DNA of 64,000 nucleotides from Acidobacteriota bacterium (GTDB lineage: Bacteria; Acidobacteriota; UBA6911; RPQK01; JAJDTT01): positions 1,536,001-1,600,000 of the forward strand of contig OZ253580.1 of assembly GCA_965263035.1 (NCBI GenBank). Direction: 5' to 3'. Shown one piece after another: positions 44,427 to 52,925 of this stretch. How positions within the stretch are numbered: the first letter of the stretch is position 1; the number at the start of each line of letters is the position of its first letter. Below the pieces are notes generated by a model. It made no database searches. It worked only from the letters and a program-made list of their open reading frames with translations, and was not told the DNA's origin. The position numbers were made by a program, and so were the translations under genes.

Positions 44427-45713
44427 ATGCCGGATGAGAGCCTATCCATTACCGATAACCGGACCGGGAAACAGTACGATCTGGCTGTCTCGGACGGTAC
44501 GATTCGCGCCATAGAGCTTCGCCGGATCAAGACGTCGGAGGACGACTTCGGTCTCCTGGCCTACGATCCTTCCTTCCTCAACACGGCGTCCTGCCGGAGC
44601 ACGATCACCTATATCGACGGAGGCAAGGGCATCCTGCGCTACCGCGGCTACCCCATAGAACAATTGGTGGGCGAATACAGCCACCTCGAGGTCGCGTATC
44701 TACTCCTGTACGGGGAGCTTCCGGACGAGGCCGAGTTCCAGCAATGGAATGACGACATTCGGAAGCATTCCGAGTTGCCGCCGGCCGTCCTTCAGTTGAT
44801 CCGGAGCTTTCCGGCCGGGGGTTACCCCATGGCCATGCTGGCGACTGGGGTTGCCTCCCTCTCCAACTTCTATCCCGATGCCCGTACCGTTCTGGACCCG
44901 GAAATACGTCTGCTCCAGATCCATCGGCTCCTGGCTCAGGTCCCGGCGCTGTCGGCCCAGATTTTCCGCCGCCTTCAGGGCTTGCCCCCGACCCAGGACG
45001 CGGGCGTTCGCTCATACGCCGGAAGCTTTCTGCAGATGACGTTCGACCGCGTGCCGGAGCCGGTGTTCGAGAAGGCGATGGACGCCCTGTTCATCCTTCA
45101 TGCCGACCACGAGCAGAACTGCAGCACCAGCGCCATGAGAGGCGTCGGCAGCTCCCAGTGCGATCCGTATCTCACCACCGCGGCCTCCATCGGCGCCCTG
45201 TCCGGGCCCCTTCATGGAGGAGCGAACGAAGCAGTCATCCGCATGCTGGAGTTGATCGGGTCCAAGGACCGGGTGCCCGGACACGTGCAGCGGGTAAAGG
45301 GAGGCGAACTCCGTCTCATGGGATTCGGGCACCGCATCTACAAGAACTACGACCCCAGGGCCAAGCTCATCAAACAAATGGCCCATGAGGTTTTCGAGGT
45401 GACCGGCTCCGACCCTCTGCTGGACGTGGCCCTGGAGCTGGAGAGAATCGCCCTGCAGGACGACTACTTCATCTCGCGGAAGCTCTATCCCAACGTCGAC
45501 TTCTATTCCGGCCTGATCTACCGGGCCCTCGGCTTCCCTTCCTCCATGTCCACCGTCCTCTTCGCCCTGGCCAGAACCTCCGGCTGGCTGGCTCAGTGGG
45601 ATGAGTTGGCGCGGGATCGGGAACAGAAGATCGCCCGGCCACGGCAGATCTACGAGGGGCATCCGGTGAGGAACGTCCCAGTCCGGAGATCCTCGCCGAT
45701 TGCACCTTCTTGA
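44427..45713 (+). CDS. gltA: Citrate synthase
   Basis: LHADHEQNCST, GPLHGGANE, GFGHRIYK and YPNVDFYSG. Confidence 0.96.
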   Translation: MPDESLSITDNRTGKQYDLAVSDGTIRAIELRRIKTSEDDFGLLAYDPSFLNTASCRSTITYIDGGKGILRYRGYPIEQLVGEYSHLEVAYLLLYGELPDEAEFQQWNDDIRKHSELPPAVLQLIRSFPAGGYPMAMLATGVASLSNFYPDARTVLDPEIRLLQIHRLLAQVPALSAQIFRRLQGLPPTQDAGVRSYAGSFLQMTFDRVPEPVFEKAMDALFILHADHEQNCSTSAMRGVGSSQCDPYLTTAASIGALSGPLHGGANEAVIRMLELIGSKDRVPGHVQRVKGGELRLMGFGHRIYKNYDPRAKLIKQMAHEVFEVTGSDPLLDVALELERIALQDDYFISRKLYPNVDFYSGLIYRALGFPSSMSTVLFALARTSGWLAQWDELARDREQKIARPRQIYEGHPVRNVPVRRSSPIAPS

Positions 45714-45741
45714 CTCCGGGCAGTTGCGGTATAATCGTCAG

Positions 45742-45969
45742 ATGCCGATTTATGAATACCGCTGTCTGGATTGCGACACTCATTTCGAGCAGATCGTCCT
45801 GGGCACCCAAAGCGATACCGAGTGTCCCAGTTGCAGCGGAGACCGCTTCGAGCAGCTTTTCTCCTCATTCGCGGTCGGTGGCGGGTCCATGGAATCCGCC
45901 TTCAAGGAGACCGGTCCTTGCGGCTGTGGAGCACCCCAACGAGGGATGTGCGGGCAACTCGCCAACTAG
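45742..45969 (+). CDS. FmdB family zinc ribbon protein
   Basis: MPIYEYRCLDC...CPSC. Confidence 0.85.
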   Translation: MPIYEYRCLDCDTHFEQIVLGTQSDTECPSCSGDRFEQLFSSFAVGGGSMESAFKETGPCGCGAPQRGMCGQLAN

Positions 45970-45994
45970 CTGATCGTCCGGACAACGCTGAAAT

Positions 45995-47062
45995 ATGCAA
46001 TCAACAACCACGGAGACCTATAAAGACCGGCTGGAGTCGATCAGCAGGTCCCTGCGGTCGCAACCCGATCAGCATCTGGAGTTCCTCGGCAAGAAGGACA
46101 TCATCGAGCGCATCCTCTATCTGCGGGATCTCAAGAACGTCCTGATCCTGGGCCACAACTACATGGAGCCGCTGGTCTTCCATCTGTCCGGCGAAGGCGA
46201 GAGAGGCGATTCGTTGGCGTTGAGCCGCTACGCCGCCAAGTCGGACAAACCCATCATCCTCTTCGACGGCGTCCTCTTCATGGCGGAGACGGCCAAGATC
46301 CTGAATCCGGAAAAGAAGGTGCTGATCGCGGACCTGAATGCGGGCTGCAGTTTGGCGGACCCCTTCTCGGCCGAGGACGTGAGATTCTATCGAAAGCGTT
46401 ATCCCCAAGCCCCGGTGGTCACCTACATCAACAGCTACGCCGAGATCAAAGCCGAATCCGACTACTGCTGCACCTCCGCGAACGGGCTCAAGGTCATAGA
46501 GTATGCGGCTCGGGAATTTGGTACAGACCATGTGGTCTTCCTCCCCGATTCCCTGATGGGGGAGAACCTGCAACAGGAACTGGTCCGGCGGGGATCCGAT
46601 CTGGATCTGATCTACCCGGGCAAGTATGACCGGAACTTCGGTCGATGCGAGGTCCACGAGAAGTTCACCGCCAGCCACATCCGGGACATCCGGAAGCAGT
46701 ACGACATTCCCCGGGGAGCGCACGACGCTGCAGTCCTGGTGCACTGGGAGTGCCTGCCCGAGGTCCTGGAAGAGGCCGACTTCTACGGCAGCACCTCCCA
46801 GATGGCCGGTTATGTGAAGAATCACGCCGAACTGCGCCGCGTCTACATGGCCACCGAGTGCGAAATGGCGGCGAATCTGGCCACCGAATTCCCGCAGGTG
46901 GAGTTCGTCAGAACCTGCAGCATCTTCTGCCGCCACATGCGCAGAATCAGTCTTGAGAAGATCCTCCACAGCCTGGAGCATGAGGTCTACGAAGTGGAGG
47001 TGCCGGAGCCGATCCGCCGGGCCTCCCTGGGAGCCATCCAACGGATGCTGAGTATCGGCTGA
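45995..47062 (+). CDS. nadA: Quinolinate synthase
   Basis: LGHNY, GDSLAL, FMAETAK, AGCSLA, YINS, CCTS and CEVH. Confidence 0.93.
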   Translation: MQSTTTETYKDRLESISRSLRSQPDQHLEFLGKKDIIERILYLRDLKNVLILGHNYMEPLVFHLSGEGERGDSLALSRYAAKSDKPIILFDGVLFMAETAKILNPEKKVLIADLNAGCSLADPFSAEDVRFYRKRYPQAPVVTYINSYAEIKAESDYCCTSANGLKVIEYAAREFGTDHVVFLPDSLMGENLQQELVRRGSDLDLIYPGKYDRNFGRCEVHEKFTASHIRDIRKQYDIPRGAHDAAVLVHWECLPEVLEEADFYGSTSQMAGYVKNHAELRRVYMATECEMAANLATEFPQVEFVRTCSIFCRHMRRISLEKILHSLEHEVYEVEVPEPIRRASLGAIQRMLSIG

Positions 47063-47120
47063 TTCGGGATCTGGGCCGGAATCGGTCGGAACGCGACTGG
47101 GCTGCTGCAGAGAACAGACC

Positions 47121-48215
47121 ATGAAACTGGACGGACTGGACACACCTTCGGTCCTGGTCGACGTGGATATCATGACCGCGAACCTGGACCGATTGGCCGG
47201 TTACTGCCGGGAACACCGCCTCAATCTGAGGCCCCACGTCAAGACCCACAAGATTCCTGAATTGGCGCAACTCCAGGTCAAGAAGGGCGCCGTGGGCGTC
47301 ACCGTGGCCAAGCTGGGCGAGGCCGAGGTCATGGTGGACGGCGGAGTCGAGGACGTTCTGCTGGCCTATCCGGTCTATGGAGAGATCAAGTGGAGGAGAC
47401 TGGCCGCCCTGGCGCGCCGCGCCCGCATTTCGGTGGCGCTGGATTCGCTGGAGGTGGCCCAGGGCGTCTCCAGGCACGCGCGCGAGGCCGGGATCCGGAT
47501 TCCCATTCTGGTGGAGTTCGACACCGGAATGCGGCGCTGCGGCTTGACCATCTCCCGGGAGTCCATCCAGGTGCTGGAGCGGATCGCCGAGCTTCCGGCA
47601 CTGGATTACGAGGGGCTGCTGATCTACCCCGGTCATTTCCTGGTGAACCCGGAGCGGCGCAACCAGCTTCTGACGCTGGAGAACCGGCAGTTGTCGACTT
47701 TGCTGGGCCTGCTGGACGACGCCGGGATCTCCTACCCGGTCATCAGCGCCAGTTCCACCCCGACGGCCTACATGTCGCACCAGTTCGACAACATCAACGA
47801 AGTTCGTCCGGGCACCTACATCTTCAATGACAGGAACACCATCGGTTGCCAGGCCGCCGGATTGGAAGACTGTGCCGTGTCCGTCCTGTCCACCGTCGTG
47901 AGCACCAGTGTTTCCGGCAAGGCCGCCATCGACGGGGGCAGCAAGACCTTCTCCAGCGACAAGTTCCTCTCCGGCGACGGCGTGGGTTTCGGTCACGTGA
48001 TGGGAGACCCGGGCGCCGTGGTGGAATACCTTTCCGAGGAGCACGGGCACCTCGTGCTGGCCAACGCCTCCAGAAAATACCGCGTCGGGGACCGGGTTAG
48101 CATCATCCCCAATCACGTCTGCGCCTGTGTCAACATGCACGACCGCATCTACGGGATCCGGAAAGACGAGGTGGTCATCGAATGGCGGGTCAGTGCCCGG
48201 GGCGCCGTGCAGTGA
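47121..48215 (+). CDS. PLP-dependent D-threonine aldolase / D-serine dehydratase (alanine racemase fold)
   Basis: RPHVKTHK, EVRPGTY, DGGSK, SEEHG and IPNHVC. Confidence 0.88.
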   Translation: MKLDGLDTPSVLVDVDIMTANLDRLAGYCREHRLNLRPHVKTHKIPELAQLQVKKGAVGVTVAKLGEAEVMVDGGVEDVLLAYPVYGEIKWRRLAALARRARISVALDSLEVAQGVSRHAREAGIRIPILVEFDTGMRRCGLTISRESIQVLERIAELPALDYEGLLIYPGHFLVNPERRNQLLTLENRQLSTLLGLLDDAGISYPVISASSTPTAYMSHQFDNINEVRPGTYIFNDRNTIGCQAAGLEDCAVSVLSTVVSTSVSGKAAIDGGSKTFSSDKFLSGDGVGFGHVMGDPGAVVEYLSEEHGHLVLANASRKYRVGDRVSIIPNHVCACVNMHDRIYGIRKDEVVIEWRVSARGAVQ

Positions 48216-48449
48216 ACCGAACCGGACCGGGACCCCTCCTTCAGCCGTGCCGGTGGACGGTCCAACTCTGAGGAGATTCCAGGAGTCTGCGCGGTAGAAA
48301 TGATCGTAGCGAGAAAGTGGGGAATCGAGGCCGGATTTTCTCGATTTGGAGGTGCATAGTTGTTCTATTCGCCGAGAAATCGAGGAAATATGGACCGATT
48401 CTACCGCTTTCGCAGTAGATCAATTTCTGCGGCGCAGGCTCCCAGCATC

Positions 48450-49427
48450 GTGTCGTCGGCCGGAGAACTGCTGTACCTGTCGCGGGCGGACATCGAGCGG
48501 CTCGGTCTGTCCATGGCCCGCATCGTCGAGGTGGTGGAGGACGCCCTGGTGCAGAAAGGATCGGGGAACGTGGAGATGCCGCCGAAGCCGGGAATCCACA
48601 CCCAACCCGACGCCTTCATCCACGCCATGCCGGCGTATATCCGAACCACGGGCGCCGCCGGATTGAAGTGGGTCGGCGGATATCCCGGAAACTCGGCCCG
48701 GGGCCTCGCCTACATTACCGGCCTCATGATCCTGAACGACCCGGAGTCCGGAGTCCCCCTGGCGGTGATGGACGCCACCTGGATCACGGCCGTCAGGACG
48801 GGTGCGGCTACGGCGGTGGCGGCTCGGCATCTGGCCCGCCGGGATTCCCTCACGGCCGCTATCCTGGGACGCGGCGTCCAGGGCCGATCCAACCTGGAGG
48901 CGCTGACGGTGGTCCTGCCCGACCTCCGGGACGTCCGTGTCTACGACACCCGCCTGGAAACGGCGCACAGCTTCGCCCGGGAGTGCGGACAACGTCACGG
49001 TCTCTCGTGCACGGTCTGCGCCTCCCCCCGGCAGGCCGTCCAGACCGCGGACGTGGTGGTCACCGCAGGCCCCATGCCACGTCCGCCTGCGCCCGTGATC
49101 GAACCCGGCTGGCTCGCGGACGGGGTCTTCGTCTGCGTCCTCGATTTCGACTGCTATGTGACGCCCGCGGCCTTTCACGCCGCCGATCTGCTGGCGACGG
49201 ACGACGTGGCGCAACTCGACTATTATCGCGGGGTGGGATATTTCGCAGGCCTCCCCGACCGGCTTTCCGACTTGGGAGACGTGGTCCGGGGACGGGGAGG
49301 ACGCCGGCGCGAGGAGCAACGGATCATGTCCATCAACCTGGGACTTGGCGTGGAAGACGTGGCCACGGCCCAGTTGATTTACACGAACGCATTGAAACAG
49401 GGGTTGGGAACCTCCCTTCCCCTCTGA
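48450..49427 (+). CDS. Ornithine cyclodeaminase / mu-crystallin family protein
   Basis: HAMPA, GLKWV, ITAVRTGAA and GLGVED; start uncertain. Confidence 0.88.
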   Translation: MSSAGELLYLSRADIERLGLSMARIVEVVEDALVQKGSGNVEMPPKPGIHTQPDAFIHAMPAYIRTTGAAGLKWVGGYPGNSARGLAYITGLMILNDPESGVPLAVMDATWITAVRTGAATAVAARHLARRDSLTAAILGRGVQGRSNLEALTVVLPDLRDVRVYDTRLETAHSFARECGQRHGLSCTVCASPRQAVQTADVVVTAGPMPRPPAPVIEPGWLADGVFVCVLDFDCYVTPAAFHAADLLATDDVAQLDYYRGVGYFAGLPDRLSDLGDVVRGRGGRRREEQRIMSINLGLGVEDVATAQLIYTNALKQGLGTSLPL

Positions 49428-49455
49428 TCCGCTGAGATAAGAAAGGAGCGTTGCT

Positions 49456-50034
49456 ATGGTTTTGACTGCATCGACCATGTTGGGCCTCGGCACCGAGGCC
49501 CCTGACTTCCAGCTGCCGGACGTGACCACGGGTGAGACCGTTTCGCTGGACAGCTTCTCGGGGAACAAGGCCCTGTTGGTCATGTTCATCTGCAAACACT
49601 GTCCCTACGTGGTCCATGTCCAGGAGGAGCTGGCCCGGCTGGGGAACGAGTACCAGTCGCGAGACGTGGGCGTGGTGGCCATCGGTGCCAACGACGTGGA
49701 TGCCTACCCGGGAGACGCCCCCGGCGAGCTGAAGAGCATGGCTCAGGAGCATGGGTTCCAGTTCCCTTATTGCTTCGATGAGACTCAGGAAATCGCCCAG
49801 GCGTATACGGCGGCCTGCACGCCGGACTTCTTCCTCTTCGACCAGGACCGGCGCCTGGCCTATCGGGGTCAGTTGGACGACAGCCGGCCGGGAACCGGCA
49901 CGCCGGTGAACGGCGAGGACCTGAGAGGGGCCCTCGACGCCGTTCTGGCTGGGGACACCCCCGATCCGCAACAGCGCGCCAGCCTGGGTTGCAACATCAA
50001 GTGGAAGCCGGGCAACGAACCAGCCTACTTCTGA
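49456..50034 (+). CDS. AhpC/TSA-type thioredoxin family protein
   Basis: MFICKHCPYV, ACTPDFF, YRGQLDD and GCNIKW; AAGGAG RBS. Confidence 0.9.
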   Translation: MVLTASTMLGLGTEAPDFQLPDVTTGETVSLDSFSGNKALLVMFICKHCPYVVHVQEELARLGNEYQSRDVGVVAIGANDVDAYPGDAPGELKSMAQEHGFQFPYCFDETQEIAQAYTAACTPDFFLFDQDRRLAYRGQLDDSRPGTGTPVNGEDLRGALDAVLAGDTPDPQQRASLGCNIKWKPGNEPAYF

Positions 50035-51470
50035 GGCTGATCCGAACCTGATTCGGCTGCCGGCGGTCGACCGGCCGGTCGATCCGGTCCACTTTCGCCG
50101 ACGCGTTTCAGGCCCTCTTGGGCGTACCGGTTGCCGGGGTTCAGACCCACGGCGCGACCGTAATGGGCCCCGGCGCCGGCCCGGTCCCCCTCCAACTCTG
50201 ACAGGTACCCCAGGGCAGCCCAGTTGTAGTCGTCTTCCGGGTCGAGGGACACCGCGGCCCGGAACGACTCGCCCGCCTTCCCGACTTGGCCTTTCCGGAG
50301 CAGGGCGACTCCCAGGTTGTAGTGCGGACGCGCTTTGCCGGGACTCTTGGCCACCGTGTCGCGCCAGAGTAAAAGGTCGTTGTTCCAGATCCGGTTTCGC
50401 GCCAGCGTGGGCGAAATCAAAAGGGCCGCCAGGATCCCGATTCCCACCCATTGGGCCCGGTTCGGCCAACGGCTTTCCGGCCGGCGGTGAAACAAAAGCC
50501 AGGCTGCCATCAGGGCGAAACCGGCCACTGGCAAGTAGAGCCGCGTCTCACTGAAGGGATCCAGGTTGGGCAGGACCCAGGTCGGCAGGCCGAAGGCCAG
50601 GACCCAGAGCAGACCGATCCCCAGAGGGGAGCGGCGCCAACGCGGGCCGAGCAGCCCGATCACCGCGGTGAGGATTGCGGCCGCCGAGATGACCGTCAGG
50701 AGCACGTGCGGCTCCGGAACCTGATGGTCCAAGTTGAGGTCGGCCGGCCACAGCAACAGTCCCAGACCCTTCCAGAACATCACCGGTTGCAACAACCAGT
50801 AACCGACTGGGTCGGGATGGTTCCACGCGATACCCGCCGGGGAGTACTTGACCAGAGACCAGGCCAGAGCCAAACCGTTGGCCAGGGTCAAGCCGGCCCA
50901 CCACCTCCACCGTTCCCGATTCAGCACCCACAAAAAGGGCAACAGCATGGCGGCCTCGGCACGGCTCCAGAGAGCCAGCTGAAAGCAGAGGATGGCGGCC
51001 CAGGGCCGCCGTGGAGCCAGCAGGAGAGCCGCCAGGCCGAAGCCGCTCATGAGCAGAACCGAACGGGCCCAGACATAGTTCACGGCCTGTGTCTGAAGGG
51101 GATGAAGCCCGAACAGCAGCGCCGTGGTCAGGGACAGACCCGGGTGCTGGAATCGGTCCAGTATCAGACGGAAGAGGAGCAGCACGACCGCCAGATGGAG
51201 CAGGACGCTCACCAGGTGAAAAGCCCAGGGCTGGGGGCCGGCGATCAAGTAGTTCAAATGGAAGGTCCAGAGCGTCAGGGGCCGGCCGCCGTACTGCTCC
51301 AGGAAAGTCCCGTACTCGAAGTGCTCGGTCACCAGGGGGCTTTCCAAGATCAGCGCGTAGTCGTCGAAGTGGAAGGCCGCCGGGAACGAGTTGAGATAGA
51401 CGGCGCCCGTGACCAGGACGAGTGCCGCCGCCGCGAATCTCGAAGCGTTTGGAGAATCCACGAGCCCCAT
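50025..51470 (-). CDS. TMTC-like GT-C membrane protein with C-terminal TPRs
   Basis: FHFDD loop, GRPL, FGLHPLQT.AV, ETRLYLP and RNRIW, then TPRs. Confidence 0.8.
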   Translation of the reverse strand: MGLVDSPNASRFAAAALVLVTGAVYLNSFPAAFHFDDYALILESPLVTEHFEYGTFLEQYGGRPLTLWTFHLNYLIAGPQPWAFHLVSVLLHLAVVLLLFRLILDRFQHPGLSLTTALLFGLHPLQTQAVNYVWARSVLLMSGFGLAALLLAPRRPWAAILCFQLALWSRAEAAMLLPFLWVLNRERWRWWAGLTLANGLALAWSLVKYSPAGIAWNHPDPVGYWLLQPVMFWKGLGLLLWPADLNLDHQVPEPHVLLTVISAAAILTAVIGLLGPRWRRSPLGIGLLWVLAFGLPTWVLPNLDPFSETRLYLPVAGFALMAAWLLFHRRPESRWPNRAQWVGIGILAALLISPTLARNRIWNNDLLLWRDTVAKSPGKARPHYNLGVALLRKGQVGKAGESFRAAVSLDPEDDYNWAALGYLSELEGDRAGAGAHYGRAVGLNPGNRYAQEGLKRVGESGPDRPAGRPPAAESGSDQPQK

Positions 51471-51517
51471 ATTATGGACCGCCACCGCTTTTGCCCCACC
51501 CGGCGGGTGGCTTTTTT

Positions 51518-51684
51518 TGGCAGGACCGACTTTCCTGTCGCCTGCTGGGAGAGGCGGCTTTCTTGCCGCCTATTGGGACAGGCGATTTTCTTGTCGCCTG
51601 CTCCGGAACGAGGAAGAGGACGAAGAGAAGCGGGGACACCGTCCCTACCCCCCCTGGTCGGCGGCAAGAAAGCCGCCGCTCCCA
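51518..51684. repeat. Cluster of REP-like hairpin units (3 at 28-bp period plus one inverted)
   Basis: Units resembling TGGGA.(A/C)GGCG.(C/T)TTTCTTG.CGCC at 51518, 51546 and 51574; inverted unit ending 51684. Confidence 0.75.
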
Positions 51685-51836
51685 AGTTTGACACGTATTG
51701 GGGGCTTCGCTATCGTGAGTCCTCCCCGGCGACCGGCCATCCTGGGCCATGTTCATCCCAGCGTGAACCGACGGGTCCGGGATAACTCGCGGACGGTGGC
51801 GCTCCAGTCCGTAGGAACCGATTCAGGAGAGTCCTA

Positions 51837-52634
51837 ATGACAGACGGAAAGACCAAGACCCTGCTCGTCATCACGGCCCACCCGGCCGACGCCTTCGATC
51901 TGGCCGGAGGAACCATTGCCCTGCACCGGCAACGAGGAGACCAGGTGCACGTGGCTTCCGTGACCCACGGAGCCCGCTCCCACGCCCCCAGCATCTACGA
52001 CGACAAGCAGGAAGCTCTGGACGAGGCGGCGGAGGCCCGGCTGCTCCAGGAGATCATCCAGGAGAAGAAGCAGGAGTTCGAAGCCGCCGCCCGGGCGGTC
52101 GACGCCACCGCGACCCACTTCCTGGGAGAGGACGACGAGCCCTTCGTGGCCACTCGAAGCACTATTCTGCGCCTGGCGGAACTCTACCGGACGGTCCGGC
52201 CCGACATCCTGATCACCCATCACCGCACCGAGCAGAACCATCACGACCACCCGGCCGTGGGAGACGTCTCCGTTCGGGCGTTGGTTACTGCCGCACGGTG
52301 GCTGGAGGGCTCGCGGCTGGAGCCTTACGACGTGCCGACCGTCTACTACTACGGCACCCAGGACCGCCGCGACGTGCGGATCAATCGCGGCACCGTGGGC
52401 GTGGCGGCCACCCACATCATGGACATCGAGAGCGTGGTGGACCAGAAACGGGAGGCCCTAAAGGCCTTCGCCACTCAGAAGTACCAGGGCAAAGGCTACT
52501 CCACACCCGAGTATTTGAATCGCCGCCTCGAAAGCGTCGAGGGCCACTACGGGCTCTTCAGCGGGTGCCGTTACGCCGAAGAGTTCATCGCCCGCGGGCC
52601 CCACGTGACCCGGCTGCTCCCCTCGGTCCGCTGA
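51837..52634 (+). CDS. PIG-L/LmbE family metalloenzyme
   Basis: AHPAD, PDILITH, HHDH, K.EAL.AF.TQ and YAEEF; AGGAG RBS. Confidence 0.85.
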   Translation: MTDGKTKTLLVITAHPADAFDLAGGTIALHRQRGDQVHVASVTHGARSHAPSIYDDKQEALDEAAEARLLQEIIQEKKQEFEAAARAVDATATHFLGEDDEPFVATRSTILRLAELYRTVRPDILITHHRTEQNHHDHPAVGDVSVRALVTAARWLEGSRLEPYDVPTVYYYGTQDRRDVRINRGTVGVAATHIMDIESVVDQKREALKAFATQKYQGKGYSTPEYLNRRLESVEGHYGLFSGCRYAEEFIARGPHVTRLLPSVR

Positions 52635-52925
52635 TCCGGACGGAGGGAGAATCCCCGGTCGCCCGGAGTCCCCGCCGTGGGAGACTTGTGGGGCTCGTCT
52701 CAAACACGTGTGGCGGGGGGACTATGTCCGTCAATTCCAGTTGGCGGACGTCAGTCGGCGAAGTCTATCTGCTCCGCGGATGTTCCGTGCCTTCAGAGGC
52801 GAACGTTTTCTGTTCGTGTCTTGGTGCGACGGAATGGCCCTGAGCCAAGCCTGGAACGACTCCTCGACCGGACCGCACAGCTCAGCCGTCCGCATATTGA
52901 AACTCCGGCAGAGGGAGATTCGCCC

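Noticed and set aside
45710-45735. TTGACT as the -35 box for TATAAT
   Set aside because: Spacer is only 14 bp; only the -10 box is retained as evidence
51518-51600. 28-bp periodic repeats as a CRISPR array
   Set aside because: Units are back-to-back and degenerate, with no unique spacers and no cas genes; they fit REP hairpins
52660-52750. Hairpins between the PIG-L and subtilase genes as an ncRNA
   Set aside because: They lie between convergent genes and are adequately explained as terminator-like stems; no family signature
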